A DNA stretch of 64,000 bases from Bdellovibrionota bacterium (GTDB taxonomy: Bacteria > Bdellovibrionota_C > UBA2361 > JAAYZI01), in the NCBI GenBank assembly GCA_050950765.1, contig JBMNIF010000002.1:1120001-1184000 (forward strand), given 5' to 3'. Below are positions 29,102-39,622 of the stretch, in pieces. The notes below the pieces were generated by a model. The model was not told where the DNA came from. It saw nothing but the letters and a program-made list of their open reading frames with translations, and made no database searches. The translations under genes and the position numbers were made by a program. Each line of letters opens with the position of its first letter. Positions within the stretch are counted from its first letter, which is position 1.

Positions 29102-30412
29102 ATGATGAAAGAGATCGTTCAATTATATCCGCCTAGAAAAGGTATTAACGGAGTAATCTCTCTTGCAGGTTCAAAGAGTATTACTAATAGAGCTTTGATC
29201 ATGGCAGCTCTTGCTACGGGAACCACACACCTAAGACACGCTTCTTGTAGTGAAGATACCGTAGTTTTACTTGAAGCGTTAAAGGCATTAGGAGTTAAGT
29301 GCGAATTAAAGAGCGAGGAGTGCTTAATTACTGTGGAGGGGTGTGGTGGAGTATTTGTTAATCTTAAAAAAGTAGACCTTCAGATCGGAGCCGCCGGAAC
29401 GGCAGCCCGTTTTTTAACAGCGTTAATTGCAGCTATTGCTGGTAGCGAGATTACTATTAGTGGTAATCAACGCATGAAGGAGCGTCCGATTGATCCGTTA
29501 GTGCAGGCGTTACGAGATCTGGGAGCAGAGATCGTCTATCAGGAGAGAGAGGGGAGTTTGCCGCTCTTGGTACGTGGTAAGGCTTTTCAGAAGAGGCGTG
29601 TTGCCATTGATGGCAGTGTTAGTAGTCAGTATATCTCAGCTTTATTACTTATTTCACCACTTTTTTCAGATGGGTTGGAGTTGGAGATTAGAGGAGATTT
29701 AGTCTCGCGTTCTTATATCGATATGACTATCGCTGGGATGGCACAATTCGGCGTTTCTGTTGTAAATGATAACTATCGCACCTTCTCTGTTGAGCGTGGA
29801 CAAACGTATCAATCTCAAGACCTCTTTATTGAAGGTGATGCTTCAGGAGCTTCGTATTTTTGGGGGATCGCTGCTCTTAGTGGTGGTACCGTAAAAGTTT
29901 TAAATATCGATCTTAATTCTGTGCAAGGTGATGTTCATTTTGCTGAGCTACTGGGGGAGATGGGGTGTTGTGTAACACACGGTAATGATGGTCACTCTGA
30001 TTGGATTGCAGTTTCAGGCAGATCTCCTCTCTCTGCTATTACGGCTGATATGCAATTAATGCCTGATACGGCGCAGACTTTGGCGGTCATTGCTACTTGT
30101 TGCGAAGGTGTTAGTAAGATTAGCGGATTAAGCACTTTACGTGTAAAAGAGACGGATCGAATTCATGCTTTAGTGACGGAATTGCAACGTTTAGGGATTA
30201 AAGTAAAAGCTTATGATGATACATTGGAGATAAGGGGTGGAACGATAAAAGGTGCTTGTATAAAAACTTATGATGATCACCGCATGGCGTTGGCTTTTGC
30301 TATGTTGGGTGCAAAAGTTGAAGGAATTAAGATAGAAGATCCCACTGTTGTGCGGAAGTCTTTGCCGAGTTTTTGGGATGATCTGAAGTCCTTGGGAGTT
30401 GAAGTTGGATAA
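29102..30412 (+). CDS. aroA: EPSP synthase
   Basis: GSKSITNRAL, AGTAARFL, SSQYISALL, RVKETDRI, DHRMA, KS.P.FW. Confidence 0.95.
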   Translation: MMKEIVQLYPPRKGINGVISLAGSKSITNRALIMAALATGTTHLRHASCSEDTVVLLEALKALGVKCELKSEECLITVEGCGGVFVNLKKVDLQIGAAGTAARFLTALIAAIAGSEITISGNQRMKERPIDPLVQALRDLGAEIVYQEREGSLPLLVRGKAFQKRRVAIDGSVSSQYISALLLISPLFSDGLELEIRGDLVSRSYIDMTIAGMAQFGVSVVNDNYRTFSVERGQTYQSQDLFIEGDASGASYFWGIAALSGGTVKVLNIDLNSVQGDVHFAELLGEMGCCVTHGNDGHSDWIAVSGRSPLSAITADMQLMPDTAQTLAVIATCCEGVSKISGLSTLRVKETDRIHALVTELQRLGIKVKAYDDTLEIRGGTIKGACIKTYDDHRMALAFAMLGAKVEGIKIEDPTVVRKSLPSFWDDLKSLGVEVG

Positions 30413-30920
30413 GTTGGTTTTAATAGGATTTATGGGGGCAGGGAAAAGTGCTGCCGGAAGGTCTTTAGCACGTGAGTTTGCGTGGAAGTTTTTTGATACG
30501 GACACCTTAGCTTTAGTGCTTTCAGGTGAAGAGTCTATCAATGATATCTTTGATAAGTATGGAGAGCAACATTTCAGAGATTTAGAGGTGCGAGCAGGCA
30601 CAGCGTTGCAGCAGGAAACAAAAGCTATTATCTCTACGGGGGGCGGCTTTGTAATGAATACACAGGCTATGCAAGCCTTAAAATCGCCTAATACCTGCGT
30701 TTTATATATTCGAGTATCATTTGAAGAGTTGCAGATCAGGTTACGTGGTAATACGACCCGTCCCCTTTTTCGCGATGTTGATAAGGCGAGAGAGTTATAT
30801 CAGAGCAGACTTGAAACTTATCAAAATTACGCTGATCTGATAGTAGATGCTGATGGATTCACACCCTCTGAAGCTTCTGATAAGATAGTGACGGCGCTAA
30901 AAGAGGGGAAATTTATATGA
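30399..30920 (+). CDS. aroK: Shikimate kinase
   Basis: LIGFMGAGKS P-loop, GE..FR.LE, STGGG, RPL. Confidence 0.93.
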   Translation: MKLDKLVLIGFMGAGKSAAGRSLAREFAWKFFDTDTLALVLSGEESINDIFDKYGEQHFRDLEVRAGTALQQETKAIISTGGGFVMNTQAMQALKSPNTCVLYIRVSFEELQIRLRGNTTRPLFRDVDKARELYQSRLETYQNYADLIVDADGFTPSEASDKIVTALKEGKFI

Positions 30921-31100
30921 GTAATGAAACGAAATTTATCGAAGGTTATGTTAGCGCTGACTCTATTTTGAAGTTTTTTACTTCAGGGAAATTTGTATGA
31001 GTAATGAAACGAAAACTATCGGAGTTGTATTAGCGCTGACTCTATTTTGAAGTTTTTTACTTCAAGGAAATTTGTATGAATAATGGAATAAAATCTATCT
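30905..31100 (+). repeat. ~80-bp tandem duplication of the aroK/aroE junction
   Basis: ggaaattt(a/g)tATGa(g/a)taatg three times, with ATG at 30917, 30997 and 31076. Confidence 0.9.
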
Positions 31101-31906
31101 GCATGGTAATAGGCGATCCGGTTTCGCATAGTTTGGGACCACTTGTTCATAATGCTGCTTATAAAGCGTTGGGGATAGATGATAAGTTTGTTTATACCGC
31201 TGCACGTGTACAGCAAGGAGATCTCTCCGATGCGATGAAAGGTGTGCGAGTTTTAGGAATTCGATCTCTTAGTTGTACCTTGCCTCTAAAACACCTTGTC
31301 TTGCAATACCTTGATGAAATTGACGAAGAGGCTAAGGAGATTGGAGCAGTAAATACGGTTATTTTAGAAGATGGTAAGTTAAAAGGTTATAATACCGACA
31401 TCGATGGGGTGGTGCAGCCGTTTTTAAAGCGAACGACGTTAAGGGATAAAAAAGTTTTGGTGTTGGGAGCGGGTGGAGCGGCACGTTCAGCAGTTTTTGG
31501 ATTTTTTAAGGAAGGAGCTAAAGTTACTTTAACGAATCGTAGCTTTGAGAAGGGTGAGAAATTAGCGACAGAGATCGGTGTTGATTTTTTTGCATGGGAA
31601 GAGCGTGCAGCACGATCTCCCGAGTATGATCTAATTTTTAATGCCACCTCACTCGGCTTTGATGGCAATACCCTCTCTGCTTTGGATAAAAGCGCCTTTA
31701 GAAAAGGGCAGATCGTTTCTGATGCTGTTTATAACCCTTATCAGACACCTTTCTTACAAAATGCAGCTAGTGCTGGTGCTGAAATTATTTATGGGACAGA
31801 GATGTTTATCGAACAGGCTGCTAAGCAGATACTTTTATATGCTGGGCTTGAGCCTCCTAGGGGTGTAATGGAGCAAGCCTTAATGGAGGTGTTATGCAAA
31901 AGATAA
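31076..31906 (+). CDS. aroE: Shikimate dehydrogenase
   Basis: IGDPVSHSL.P, T.PLK, GAVNT, GYNTD, GAGGAAR, NR, NATS.G. Confidence 0.94.
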   Translation: MNNGIKSICMVIGDPVSHSLGPLVHNAAYKALGIDDKFVYTAARVQQGDLSDAMKGVRVLGIRSLSCTLPLKHLVLQYLDEIDEEAKEIGAVNTVILEDGKLKGYNTDIDGVVQPFLKRTTLRDKKVLVLGAGGAARSAVFGFFKEGAKVTLTNRSFEKGEKLATEIGVDFFAWEERAARSPEYDLIFNATSLGFDGNTLSALDKSAFRKGQIVSDAVYNPYQTPFLQNAASAGAEIIYGTEMFIEQAAKQILLYAGLEPPRGVMEQALMEVLCKR

Positions 31907-32580
31907 AATATTGCTTACCTATTATTGTGGATACCTTTGATGAGGTAAGGGCGGAGCTTAATCTTCAAAAAGATAGTTATGATTATTTTGAAGTGTGGTT
32001 GGATTATCTAAGTGATTATAATAGAGAAACCCTTTCTGAATTGTGTAAAGAGTTTGGACCTCGTTTAATACTTCTTTTTAGAAGACAGAGATTGGAGCCG
32101 ATCTTAATGCCGCTTGAAGAACGGTTAGAGGTGATGAAGATAGCGGCGGCGGCGGGAGCTTTTGTAGATTTAGATATTAGAGTGCAGGCAGGGGAGCTCG
32201 ATACTTTGCAGGATATGACAACGAAGTTAAATGTTATCTTGTCATATCACAATTATAATGAAACTCCGAACGATGAATTTCTGCAATTGATTTTGCAAAA
32301 GATGAGGAGCTATGCACCGACGATCTATAAGTTTTCATGTTACTGTTTAAATCGTGGGGATGCGTTACGCCTCCTTAAGTTGCAACGAGAGTTAGATATC
32401 GGCGGTTATCACAGTATTGTATTTGGAATGGGACCGAAAGGTTTAGTTACGAGAGTGTTTGCTCCGTTGTGGGGTGCTGAAATGGTTTTTGCTCCTCTGA
32501 CTTGCGGGAAAGCTAGTGCAGAAGGGCAGTTGACTAAAGGAGATCTTGAAACAGTTTTCGGTATTATCTGTAATTATTAA
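31894..32580 (+). CDS. aroD: Type I 3-dehydroquinate dehydratase
   Basis: ILSYHNYNETP, FGMG..G..TR, SAEGQL; operon context. Confidence 0.85.
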   Translation: MQKIKYCLPIIVDTFDEVRAELNLQKDSYDYFEVWLDYLSDYNRETLSELCKEFGPRLILLFRRQRLEPILMPLEERLEVMKIAAAAGAFVDLDIRVQAGELDTLQDMTTKLNVILSYHNYNETPNDEFLQLILQKMRSYAPTIYKFSCYCLNRGDALRLLKLQRELDIGGYHSIVFGMGPKGLVTRVFAPLWGAEMVFAPLTCGKASAEGQLTKGDLETVFGIICNY

Positions 32581-32634
32581 GGTAGTAGAATTTTTAAAAA
32601 AGCGGAACGTTTAGTTCCCTTGAGGGCAAAAAAT

Positions 32635-33714
32635 ATGGCTGGGAATTCGTTCGGAAAATTGTTTAGTGTAACAACTTGTGGTGAATCGCACGGTAGTGTT
32701 GTGGCAGCGATCGTGGATGGTTGTCCTGCTGGATTATCGTTAGTTGAGAGTGATATTCAGCAGGAGTTAGACAGAAGAAAACCAGCTCAAAGTCACTTAA
32801 CAACTACCAGAGCTGAACAAGATCAGGTGCAGATCTTATCAGGTGTTTTTGAAGATAGGACTTTGGGAACGCCGATCTTACTCGTTGTTAAAAACGGAGA
32901 TGCTCGTTCGGAGGACTACCACGCATTAAAGGATCTTTTTAGAGCTTCTCATGCTGATTTTACCTATGAGAAAAAATACGGAGTTAGAGATTGGAGGGGC
33001 GGCGGTAGGGCTTCTGCCAGAGAGACGGTAGCGCGTGTGGCAGCGGGAGCTATCGCTAAGAAGATCTTATTTGAAGATTTAAATAAGATAGAGATCGTAG
33101 CTTTTGTTGAGAGTGTTAAAGATATTGCAGGGCAGATAGATCGTGAAAGTGTAACTCGTGAGGCGGTAGAAGGTAATATAATGCGGTGTCCTGATGGTGC
33201 AGCAGCATCTCGGATGATCCGTTTGGTGGAAGAGGTGCGTGCGGAAGGAAATTCTGTCGGTGGTGTTATCGGGTGTGTTATTAGAAATGTCCCTGCGGGG
33301 TTGGGGGAGCCCGTCTTTGATAAGTTGCAGGCTGATCTCGCTAAAGCGATGTTGAGTATTAACGCCGCTAAAGGGTTTGAGATAGGGGCAGGTTTTGAAG
33401 GAACGAAGTTTTTTGGTAGTGAGCAGAACGATCAATTTTTTGTGAGAGATGATGGTTCTGTTGCTACACATAGTAATAATTCGGGGGGTGTGCAAGGTGG
33501 AATTTCAAATGGGATGCCGATAGTATTTAGGGTGGCTTTTAAGCCTGTTCCGACTATTGCAAAGCCGCAAAAAACTTTAAATCGGCACTTAGAGGAGGTT
33601 GTCGTTGAGCCTTCAGGACGGCATGATCCGTGCGTTTTGCCACGTGCTGTTCCTGTTGTTGAGGCGATGGCTGCATTAGTTGTTGTAGATCACCTTTTAC
33701 GTAATAAGCGCTAG
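32635..33714 (+). CDS. aroC: Chorismate synthase
   Basis: GESHG, GGGRASARET, GGVQGGISNG, GRHDPCV.PRA. Confidence 0.96.
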   Translation: MAGNSFGKLFSVTTCGESHGSVVAAIVDGCPAGLSLVESDIQQELDRRKPAQSHLTTTRAEQDQVQILSGVFEDRTLGTPILLVVKNGDARSEDYHALKDLFRASHADFTYEKKYGVRDWRGGGRASARETVARVAAGAIAKKILFEDLNKIEIVAFVESVKDIAGQIDRESVTREAVEGNIMRCPDGAAASRMIRLVEEVRAEGNSVGGVIGCVIRNVPAGLGEPVFDKLQADLAKAMLSINAAKGFEIGAGFEGTKFFGSEQNDQFFVRDDGSVATHSNNSGGVQGGISNGMPIVFRVAFKPVPTIAKPQKTLNRHLEEVVVEPSGRHDPCVLPRAVPVVEAMAALVVVDHLLRNKR

Positions 33715-33738
33715 TTTTTTTTTGCAGTATCAGATCTA

Positions 33739-34767
33739 ATGAGAAACCTTGAGGAGAAGATAGTAAAAGGTGTGTTGTGTCAGGAGGCTTTTAAGCAGTT
33801 TCAGCAAGGTGATATCGCTAAGAAATATTTAGAAAAGCCTGCCACGCTTATCAAGCAACTTTCGGAAGGGTATGTGCATAATAAGAGAGATCTCATCTTG
33901 AAAAATATGTCAGATCCTGAGATGAGCAGTGCGTATGCCTTATATTATCTACCGATAAATTTTTTTAAGATCAGATCAATTTTGGCTGAGATCGATCTGC
34001 CGAAACGTTCAGAGTTGCGGGTGCTTGATTATGGCGCTGGACCAGGCACAGCTACTTTGGCGTTGTTAGGATCTCACGATAATCTTAAGGCAACACTTTT
34101 TGATAAATCTGAGCAGATGTTGAGTGTTGCCAAAAAACTTTTAAATAAAGAGCGGTTGGCGCTGGAGTATGCGACCTCTCTTAGTGGTGTTATTGCTAAG
34201 AGGTATGATGTAGTTGTGCTTTCAAATGCGTTGAATGAATTTTCAGTGGATGAAGAGGAGGCGTTTTTAAATAGGATCGATAACCTTTTAGATCAGAATG
34301 GGGTTTTGATCATCTTAGAGACTGCTTTAAAAAGTGCTGCTAGAAACTTGCAATTTTTTAGGGCTAAGGTTTTGGAGCGTTACGGGTATAATATTCTTTT
34401 TCCGTGTACGCACTGTAATGAGTGTAAGATGCTTTTAGAAGTTGATAATTGGTGTCACGGTGTTTTGGAAGGGCTTGATTCACAACTTGTTAGGCAGATA
34501 GATCAGATTACGGGCTATAATAAGCACAGGATTAAATATGCAGCGTTAGTTTTTCAAAAAGGGGAGGTGCTGCAAAAGGTCAATCACTTTAGGGTTGTTG
34601 ATGTGCCGCTAAAAGATAAGAAGGGGATCTCTTTAAAGTTGTGTGGTGTTGATACCTTCGGTTTTAAACAATTTGGTAAGCACGACACTGCAGCAGATGG
34701 CGCTAAGATAAAGAAAGTAAAATTGTTTGATAAGATAGAACTCCTGCCATCTAATAATGTTAGCTAA
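33739..34767 (+). CDS. SAM-dependent methyltransferase (Rsm22/METTL17-like)
   Basis: AYALYYLP, VLDYGAGPGT, PC.H...C and WCH cysteine cluster. Confidence 0.75.
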   Translation: MRNLEEKIVKGVLCQEAFKQFQQGDIAKKYLEKPATLIKQLSEGYVHNKRDLILKNMSDPEMSSAYALYYLPINFFKIRSILAEIDLPKRSELRVLDYGAGPGTATLALLGSHDNLKATLFDKSEQMLSVAKKLLNKERLALEYATSLSGVIAKRYDVVVLSNALNEFSVDEEEAFLNRIDNLLDQNGVLIILETALKSAARNLQFFRAKVLERYGYNILFPCTHCNECKMLLEVDNWCHGVLEGLDSQLVRQIDQITGYNKHRIKYAALVFQKGEVLQKVNHFRVVDVPLKDKKGISLKLCGVDTFGFKQFGKHDTAADGAKIKKVKLFDKIELLPSNNVS

Positions 34768-34779
34768 ACGGGGTGATAC

Positions 34780-35085
34780 TTGCAAAACGAATCGGTTAGG
34801 TTTGAACGGAGGTCAAAAATTTGGTGCCACCCTTTAAAAATTTGGTGCCACCCTTTAGGGCTGCTAATAATATCAAGATGTTAGTAGAAGTTTAGAATTC
34901 GGCAGTTTTGGTGCCACCCTTCAATTTTGGTAGATTTTGCAGTTTTGTCTGGTTTTGTCACTGGTGCCACCCACCAGCGGCATCTCCTTGGGTGGTCTTT
35001 AAATAATTATTATAAAAAACAAAAATTTGGTGCCACCCTTCAGGGAGGATTTTTAAGCTCTTGCTAACATATTGTTATTATTAGT
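34780..35085 (+). repeat. GGTG(G/C)CACC-core repeat cluster, 5 copies
   Basis: TGGTGCCACCC at 34822, 34843, 34909, 34962 and 35028; linkers shared with the other clusters. Confidence 0.9.
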
Positions 35086-35242
35086 TATTATACTTTGGCA
35101 GGTTTTTCGCCGTGAAATATAAACCTTTGTTTTAAAATGTACGAATATACTCCTTGCTGATCGAGATGGGGGGGGAGTGTAAGCGGTTTGTCAGTGCGCT
35201 TATATAATAAGGTGACTCCGAGAGTGTAGTTCAAGGTGGTGG

Positions 35243-35991
35243 GTGGCAAGAATGTTAATAGGGTGTGGCAAAGATTTTCCATCGATGGACGCCGAAGAAC
35301 GTCAGCTGTGCCAAATTTTTGTGATTGAGCCTGACTCTCTTATGCGAGAAGAGATGGGTAGGTGTTTAAGGGAGCTGGGTTTTTCAAAGTTAAGCGATGT
35401 AGCGACCCATGCAGAGGGCATTGAAAAAGTTGTGCATGACAATTATACCATGTGATCTTTGATTCTTTGCCGACGGAGATGCCTATTCTTGAGTTTATGC
35501 AGCAACTAATCTCTATCAATTCGAAATGCGTTCTTCTTCCGACCGCTTCAGAACTTAATTTAGATAAGATCTCAGATCTGTTAATGCAGGGCGCACACGG
35601 TTATCTTGAAAAACCGTTTGTTTTAGATGCTGTTGATGAGAGTATCGTTAGCGCTACAAAGGGTAAGCCGATTATTGATATAATACTTGGTGCGCAGGAT
35701 AGAAATAAAGCCTTAGTAGATATTTTGCTTCAGCTATTGGATATAACGTCTATTATTATTCGTCAGTCAAAAACATTTAGTAGCGCTCAAAGAGAGTTAC
35801 CATTTGCATTAAACGCTTTTAGACGCTCATCCACTGTGGCAAGGATGTTTTGTATCGGCGGTGAAGAGTGTTTGCTTGAAACAATTCAAGACCTCTCTAT
35901 CGCGCGTAGCGAAACAGCGGCAAGTCAGATCGGACGACTACGCAAACTTTTAAAAGATAAGCGTGAAGCAGCAGCACCTACTGCTAATTGA
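35243..35991 (+). pseudogene. Response-regulator receiver protein split by a 1-nt frameshift
   Basis: Receiver N-half (IFVIEPDS...LRELGF) and C-half (IFDS..M, GAHGYLEKPF) are in different frames and join at tatacc^atgtgatc (~35449). Confidence 0.7.
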
Positions 35992-36230
35992 GACCTTCCT
36001 GATCTTGAAACAGGAAAGGTGTGAAGATTAGGTGTGAAGATAATCTTAGTATGCCACTAATGGAGGAAACTAATAAGCTGTTAAATAATAAGGTCGGAAG
36101 TGATCAATTCTTCCCGTTCTATCCTGATTACTGATTAAAAAAGAGGTAGCCTTATTAAGACAGTAAAAAATTTTGTAGATACACCCCCTCTCAAAAAATT
36201 TAATATCAGAAAATTAGAGGATACTTTTAT

Positions 36231-37073
36231 TTATTGATCAAAGTTCTCTTTTGTATAAATTACACTTAAGACACACAAGATAAACGGCACGATCCAGATA
36301 GTTGGTATACAAATGGTAGCCCAGAAATAGGTTATTTGTACTATTTCTAAAGTTGATCCTGAAGATGGCATAAAGTAGGAGGGCATTATTAAGAGAAGAG
36401 AAGCTAAAAGCCCTAATAAAATTGCCGTTACTATTAAGGTAATATAACTTAGGGCATGTTTTAAAATTACTTTAAGGCAGATTAAGCTTCTGTTTACTAT
36501 ATTTTTAAAGTCTTTGATGTCATTCATGAAGATATTGATGAATGTGTACACTATGATAATTCCCAAAAGACACACAATCGACACTAGGACGAAAGCTTTG
36601 ACTGAAGAAAGTGAGTAGGGAATTGATTTATATATTAGTAGGTAATATGGGATGCACACCACGAAAAACATCGGAGAATGGGTGATATATTTTTCAAGCT
36701 CTTCAAAAAAATCATCATAGTTTGTCGTACCTTTCTTTATGACTTCAATATTTTTAATTAAGATAAAAGCTAAGGTTAGTGCGGCAAAAATTGGAAGTAA
36801 GATAAAATATATAGAATAGAATGTCATAAATAGTTTATTCTCTTCAACGTCTGTTTTTAAAAGAGAATTAAGAGCATCAACTGTTAAAAAGGCTGCTATG
36901 GTTAAGACTAGGTATACCGTTATCCCTATAAAACAGATCCTCCAGATGCCGAGTTTGACACCTTTGGTTTGGGTTACTTTCCAAGCTTCAGACAAGACAT
37001 CTCTTACACGCCAACCTTCGTTACTGTTGGTTTCAACAGGAAGTTCTTGATTGTTTTGATCTGGCATTGACAT
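36231..37073 (-). CDS. Hypothetical multi-pass membrane protein
   Basis: 280 aa with ~6 hydrophobic segments; WRVRDVLSEAW N-terminal motif; AT-rich. Confidence 0.75.
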   Translation of the reverse strand: MSMPDQNNQELPVETNSNEGWRVRDVLSEAWKVTQTKGVKLGIWRICFIGITVYLVLTIAAFLTVDALNSLLKTDVEENKLFMTFYSIYFILLPIFAALTLAFILIKNIEVIKKGTTNYDDFFEELEKYITHSPMFFVVCIPYYLLIYKSIPYSLSSVKAFVLVSIVCLLGIIIVYTFINIFMNDIKDFKNIVNRSLICLKVILKHALSYITLIVTAILLGLLASLLLIMPSYFMPSSGSTLEIVQITYFWATICIPTIWIVPFILCVLSVIYTKENFDQ

Positions 37074-37588
37074 AATTACTATCTTTAATTTTAAGTTTTT
37101 ATACCCTCAGTATATCGATATAAGGTCTTATATGGAGATAATAATCTAAGCGATTATGAAAAAGGCTGAAAGTAGTTGTTTTTTGATTAAAAGCGGAGAT
37201 ATTACTGTGCAAAAGATCTTTTCAATTATCTGATTTTACCCATAGAGGTTCGTTCGGAAAAAAATGAGAATGCTACAAAAATTATTATTAAAAAATAGGG
37301 TATATTTAAAATGAGCGTAAATTTAAGCTTGCAAAAAGATAGATTCTCTAAGAAGAAGGAGATTGATAAAGATAAGCTTAATAATAAAAGTAAAAAGGAG
37401 AAGATAAGAGCTTTAGATAAGTAGTATTTACTAACCTCAATTCCATTCGGTGTTTTTTAAAAAATATGAGCCTTAAAGTTTTCACCTCAAGGCTCATAAC
37501 GTTCTAGAAGGGCGACGCGCAACACCTACCATAGTTGTCGGAGATCTTGCCGTCGCTTGTTTCCTTCTATTAGCCGCGTGCGTAGATA

Positions 37589-37927
37589 CTAAGCCTGTTC
37601 CGCTGATCCTACGGAGGCGTGGAAAAGACCTTTGTATAAACTACGCTTACTCAAATGCTGGACCACTTTGTTCGCAAACGACAACAGCAAAGGATAATCT
37701 GCGTTTGGCACCATAAATACTATGGTGTCGTATCCCTTCATGGTGTCATGCCCTTCCTCCCAGAATGTAGTCTGGTACGACGGATTCGTTTTTCTCCAAC
37801 AGACATCGATAGCGATTTTTAAGAGAAACAATTTGAAACGAGATTCATCACTAGGGCACACGAATGCGATAGGTTGGCAAGAATTATCCCCGTTATATGC
37901 GAGGGGATCTTCTTTTGCTTGGCACAC
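37589..37927 (-). CDS. Cassette ORF, hypothetical (112 aa)
   Basis: AAGGAG-6 nt-GTG at 37927; open to 37589; alternative ATG at 37960. Confidence 0.6.
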   Translation of the reverse strand: MCQAKEDPLAYNGDNSCQPIAFVCPSDESRFKLFLLKIAIDVCWRKTNPSYQTTFWEEGHDTMKGYDTIVFMVPNADYPLLLSFANKVVQHLSKRSLYKGLFHASVGSAEQA

Positions 37928-37987
37928 TTTATTCTCCTTTAGTGCGGGTGATTGACTCATTCTGGATATCGAACATTCGAATATCAC

Positions 37988-38044
37988 CCGATGAGTCGTC
38001 TCTATCAAGTTGTGAAAAAGAACTAAACAGAAACGACTCATCGG
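37988..38044 (-). promoter_or_regulatory. Conserved 24-bp leader hairpin (copy 1)
   Basis: ccgatgagtcgtttctgtttagtt-loop-aacttgatagagacgactcatcgg on the minus strand. Confidence 0.8.
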
Positions 38045-38581
38045 AGAAGGAGTCCCTTTTGGAAAAAAAGGAGGATGCCGAGAAAAGCCCTACCACTTTT
38101 AAACGTCAAATGGATATACTAAAAAAATCCTTTATAAAAACCGATCTTCTACCCATTACCAAGCTCTTATCTTATAAGATGCGATTTTATACGAGACTTT
38201 ATTTTTAGGCAAAAAAATAGTGAAGATCCGATCTTATAATTTAAAAAGCTTAAAATTTAAGGTCTTATATTTAAAACGAGCGTAAATTTAAGCTTGCAAA
38301 AAGATAGATTCTCTAAGAAGAAGTTCTAAGATAAAGAAAGCCCAAGCTTAATAATAAAAGTAAAAAGGAGAAGATAAGAGCAACGAATGGACACTAAAGA
38401 ACCGAAGCGAAAAACCTCTGTATAGCATCCATCCGTTGTTCTTAAGCATAAGGTCTAAAGTGCTCCCTTGAAAATTTCAAAGGGCTTCAGGGCTTACAAC
38501 GTTCTAGGAACGACGTGCGACGGTACCGAGAAGGCGTAGCAGGTCATGCCAACACTTAGCGGTTAGTAATTGCCGTTGTCT

Positions 38582-38989
38582 TCAGGTATTTGGTTCTTGA
38601 TACCAATCGTCTTCAAATATTGGTTCCGGATTGTAATGCCACTTAAACGTGAGATAGGAGGTAATAACTTCTAAAGAGGTCACTATCTTTTCCACAACCG
38701 AAGTGAATTTTTCGAGGAACTCTTCTTCAGTTGTGGCACCAAGATCGTAGACAGTTACCGTGATCACTATAAGGTCATTTCTCCTTGAGGGGTCGCTATT
38801 TATCGAGTGGTGACATTCCATTTTGAAAGTTTCCGAAAAGCCCGACGAAGAATATTCCCCCCAGTAATCGCAGATAGAATTTTTGAGTTGATCCATTCTG
38901 GATTCCCATTCGAGATTAGTTTCGTCGGGTGATCCGCGATTAATTTCGAGGTTGGCTTGGTATTTCAAGCCTCCAAGGCTTTCCTCCAT
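38582..38989 (-). CDS. Cassette ORF, hypothetical acidic protein (135 aa)
   Basis: AGGAG RBS before ATG 38989 (MEESLGG...). Confidence 0.7.
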   Translation of the reverse strand: MEESLGGLKYQANLEINRGSPDETNLEWESRMDQLKNSICDYWGEYSSSGFSETFKMECHHSINSDPSRRNDLIVITVTVYDLGATTEEEFLEKFTSVVEKIVTSLEVITSYLTFKWHYNPEPIFEDDWYQEPNT

Positions 38990-39051
38990 GACGGTTTCTC
39001 CTATAATGAAAAAGTTAAACTCATTCTGGATATCGAACGTTCGAATATCAC

Positions 39052-39106
39052 CCGATGAGTCGTCTCTATCAAGTTGAAAAAGAACTAAACAGAAACGACT
39101 CATCGG
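39052..39106 (-). promoter_or_regulatory. Conserved leader hairpin (copy 2)
   Basis: Same arms as copy 1; 2-nt deletion at the loop. Confidence 0.8.
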
Positions 39107-39622
39107 AGAAGGAGTCCCTTTTGGAAAAAAAGGAGGATGCCGAGAAAAGCCCTATCGTTTTTAAACGTCAAATGGATACACTAAAAAAAATCCTTTGTAA
39201 AAACCGATCTTCTACCCATTACCAAGCTCTTATCTTATGGTACGTGAGTCTATACGAGACTTTATTTTTGAGGCAACACGTTTAGGCAAAAAAATAGTGA
39301 AGATCCGATCTTAATAATTTAAAAAGCTTAAAATTTAGGGTCTTATATTTAAAACGAGCGTAAATTTAAGCTTGCAAAAAGATAGATTCTCTAAGAATTA
39401 GGAGATTGATAAAGATAAGCTTAATAATAAAAGTAAAAAGGAGAAGATAAGAGCAACGAATGGACACTAAAGAACCGAAGCGAAAAACCTCTGTATAGCA
39501 TCCATCCGTTGTTCTTAAGCATAAGCCCTAAAGTGCCCCTTGAAAATTTCAAGGGCTTCAGGGCTTACAACGTTCTAGGAACAACGTGCAACGTTGCCGA
39601 GAAGGCGTAGCAGCACGCTAGC

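Noticed and set aside
37897..39285. Plus-strand ORFs 37897-38208 and 39055-39285, and the MSRFCLVLF N-terminal extensions of the cassette ORFs
   Set aside because: They read through the conserved hairpin. The 2-nt loop indel shifts the frame between copies, and good RBSs lie at downstream starts.
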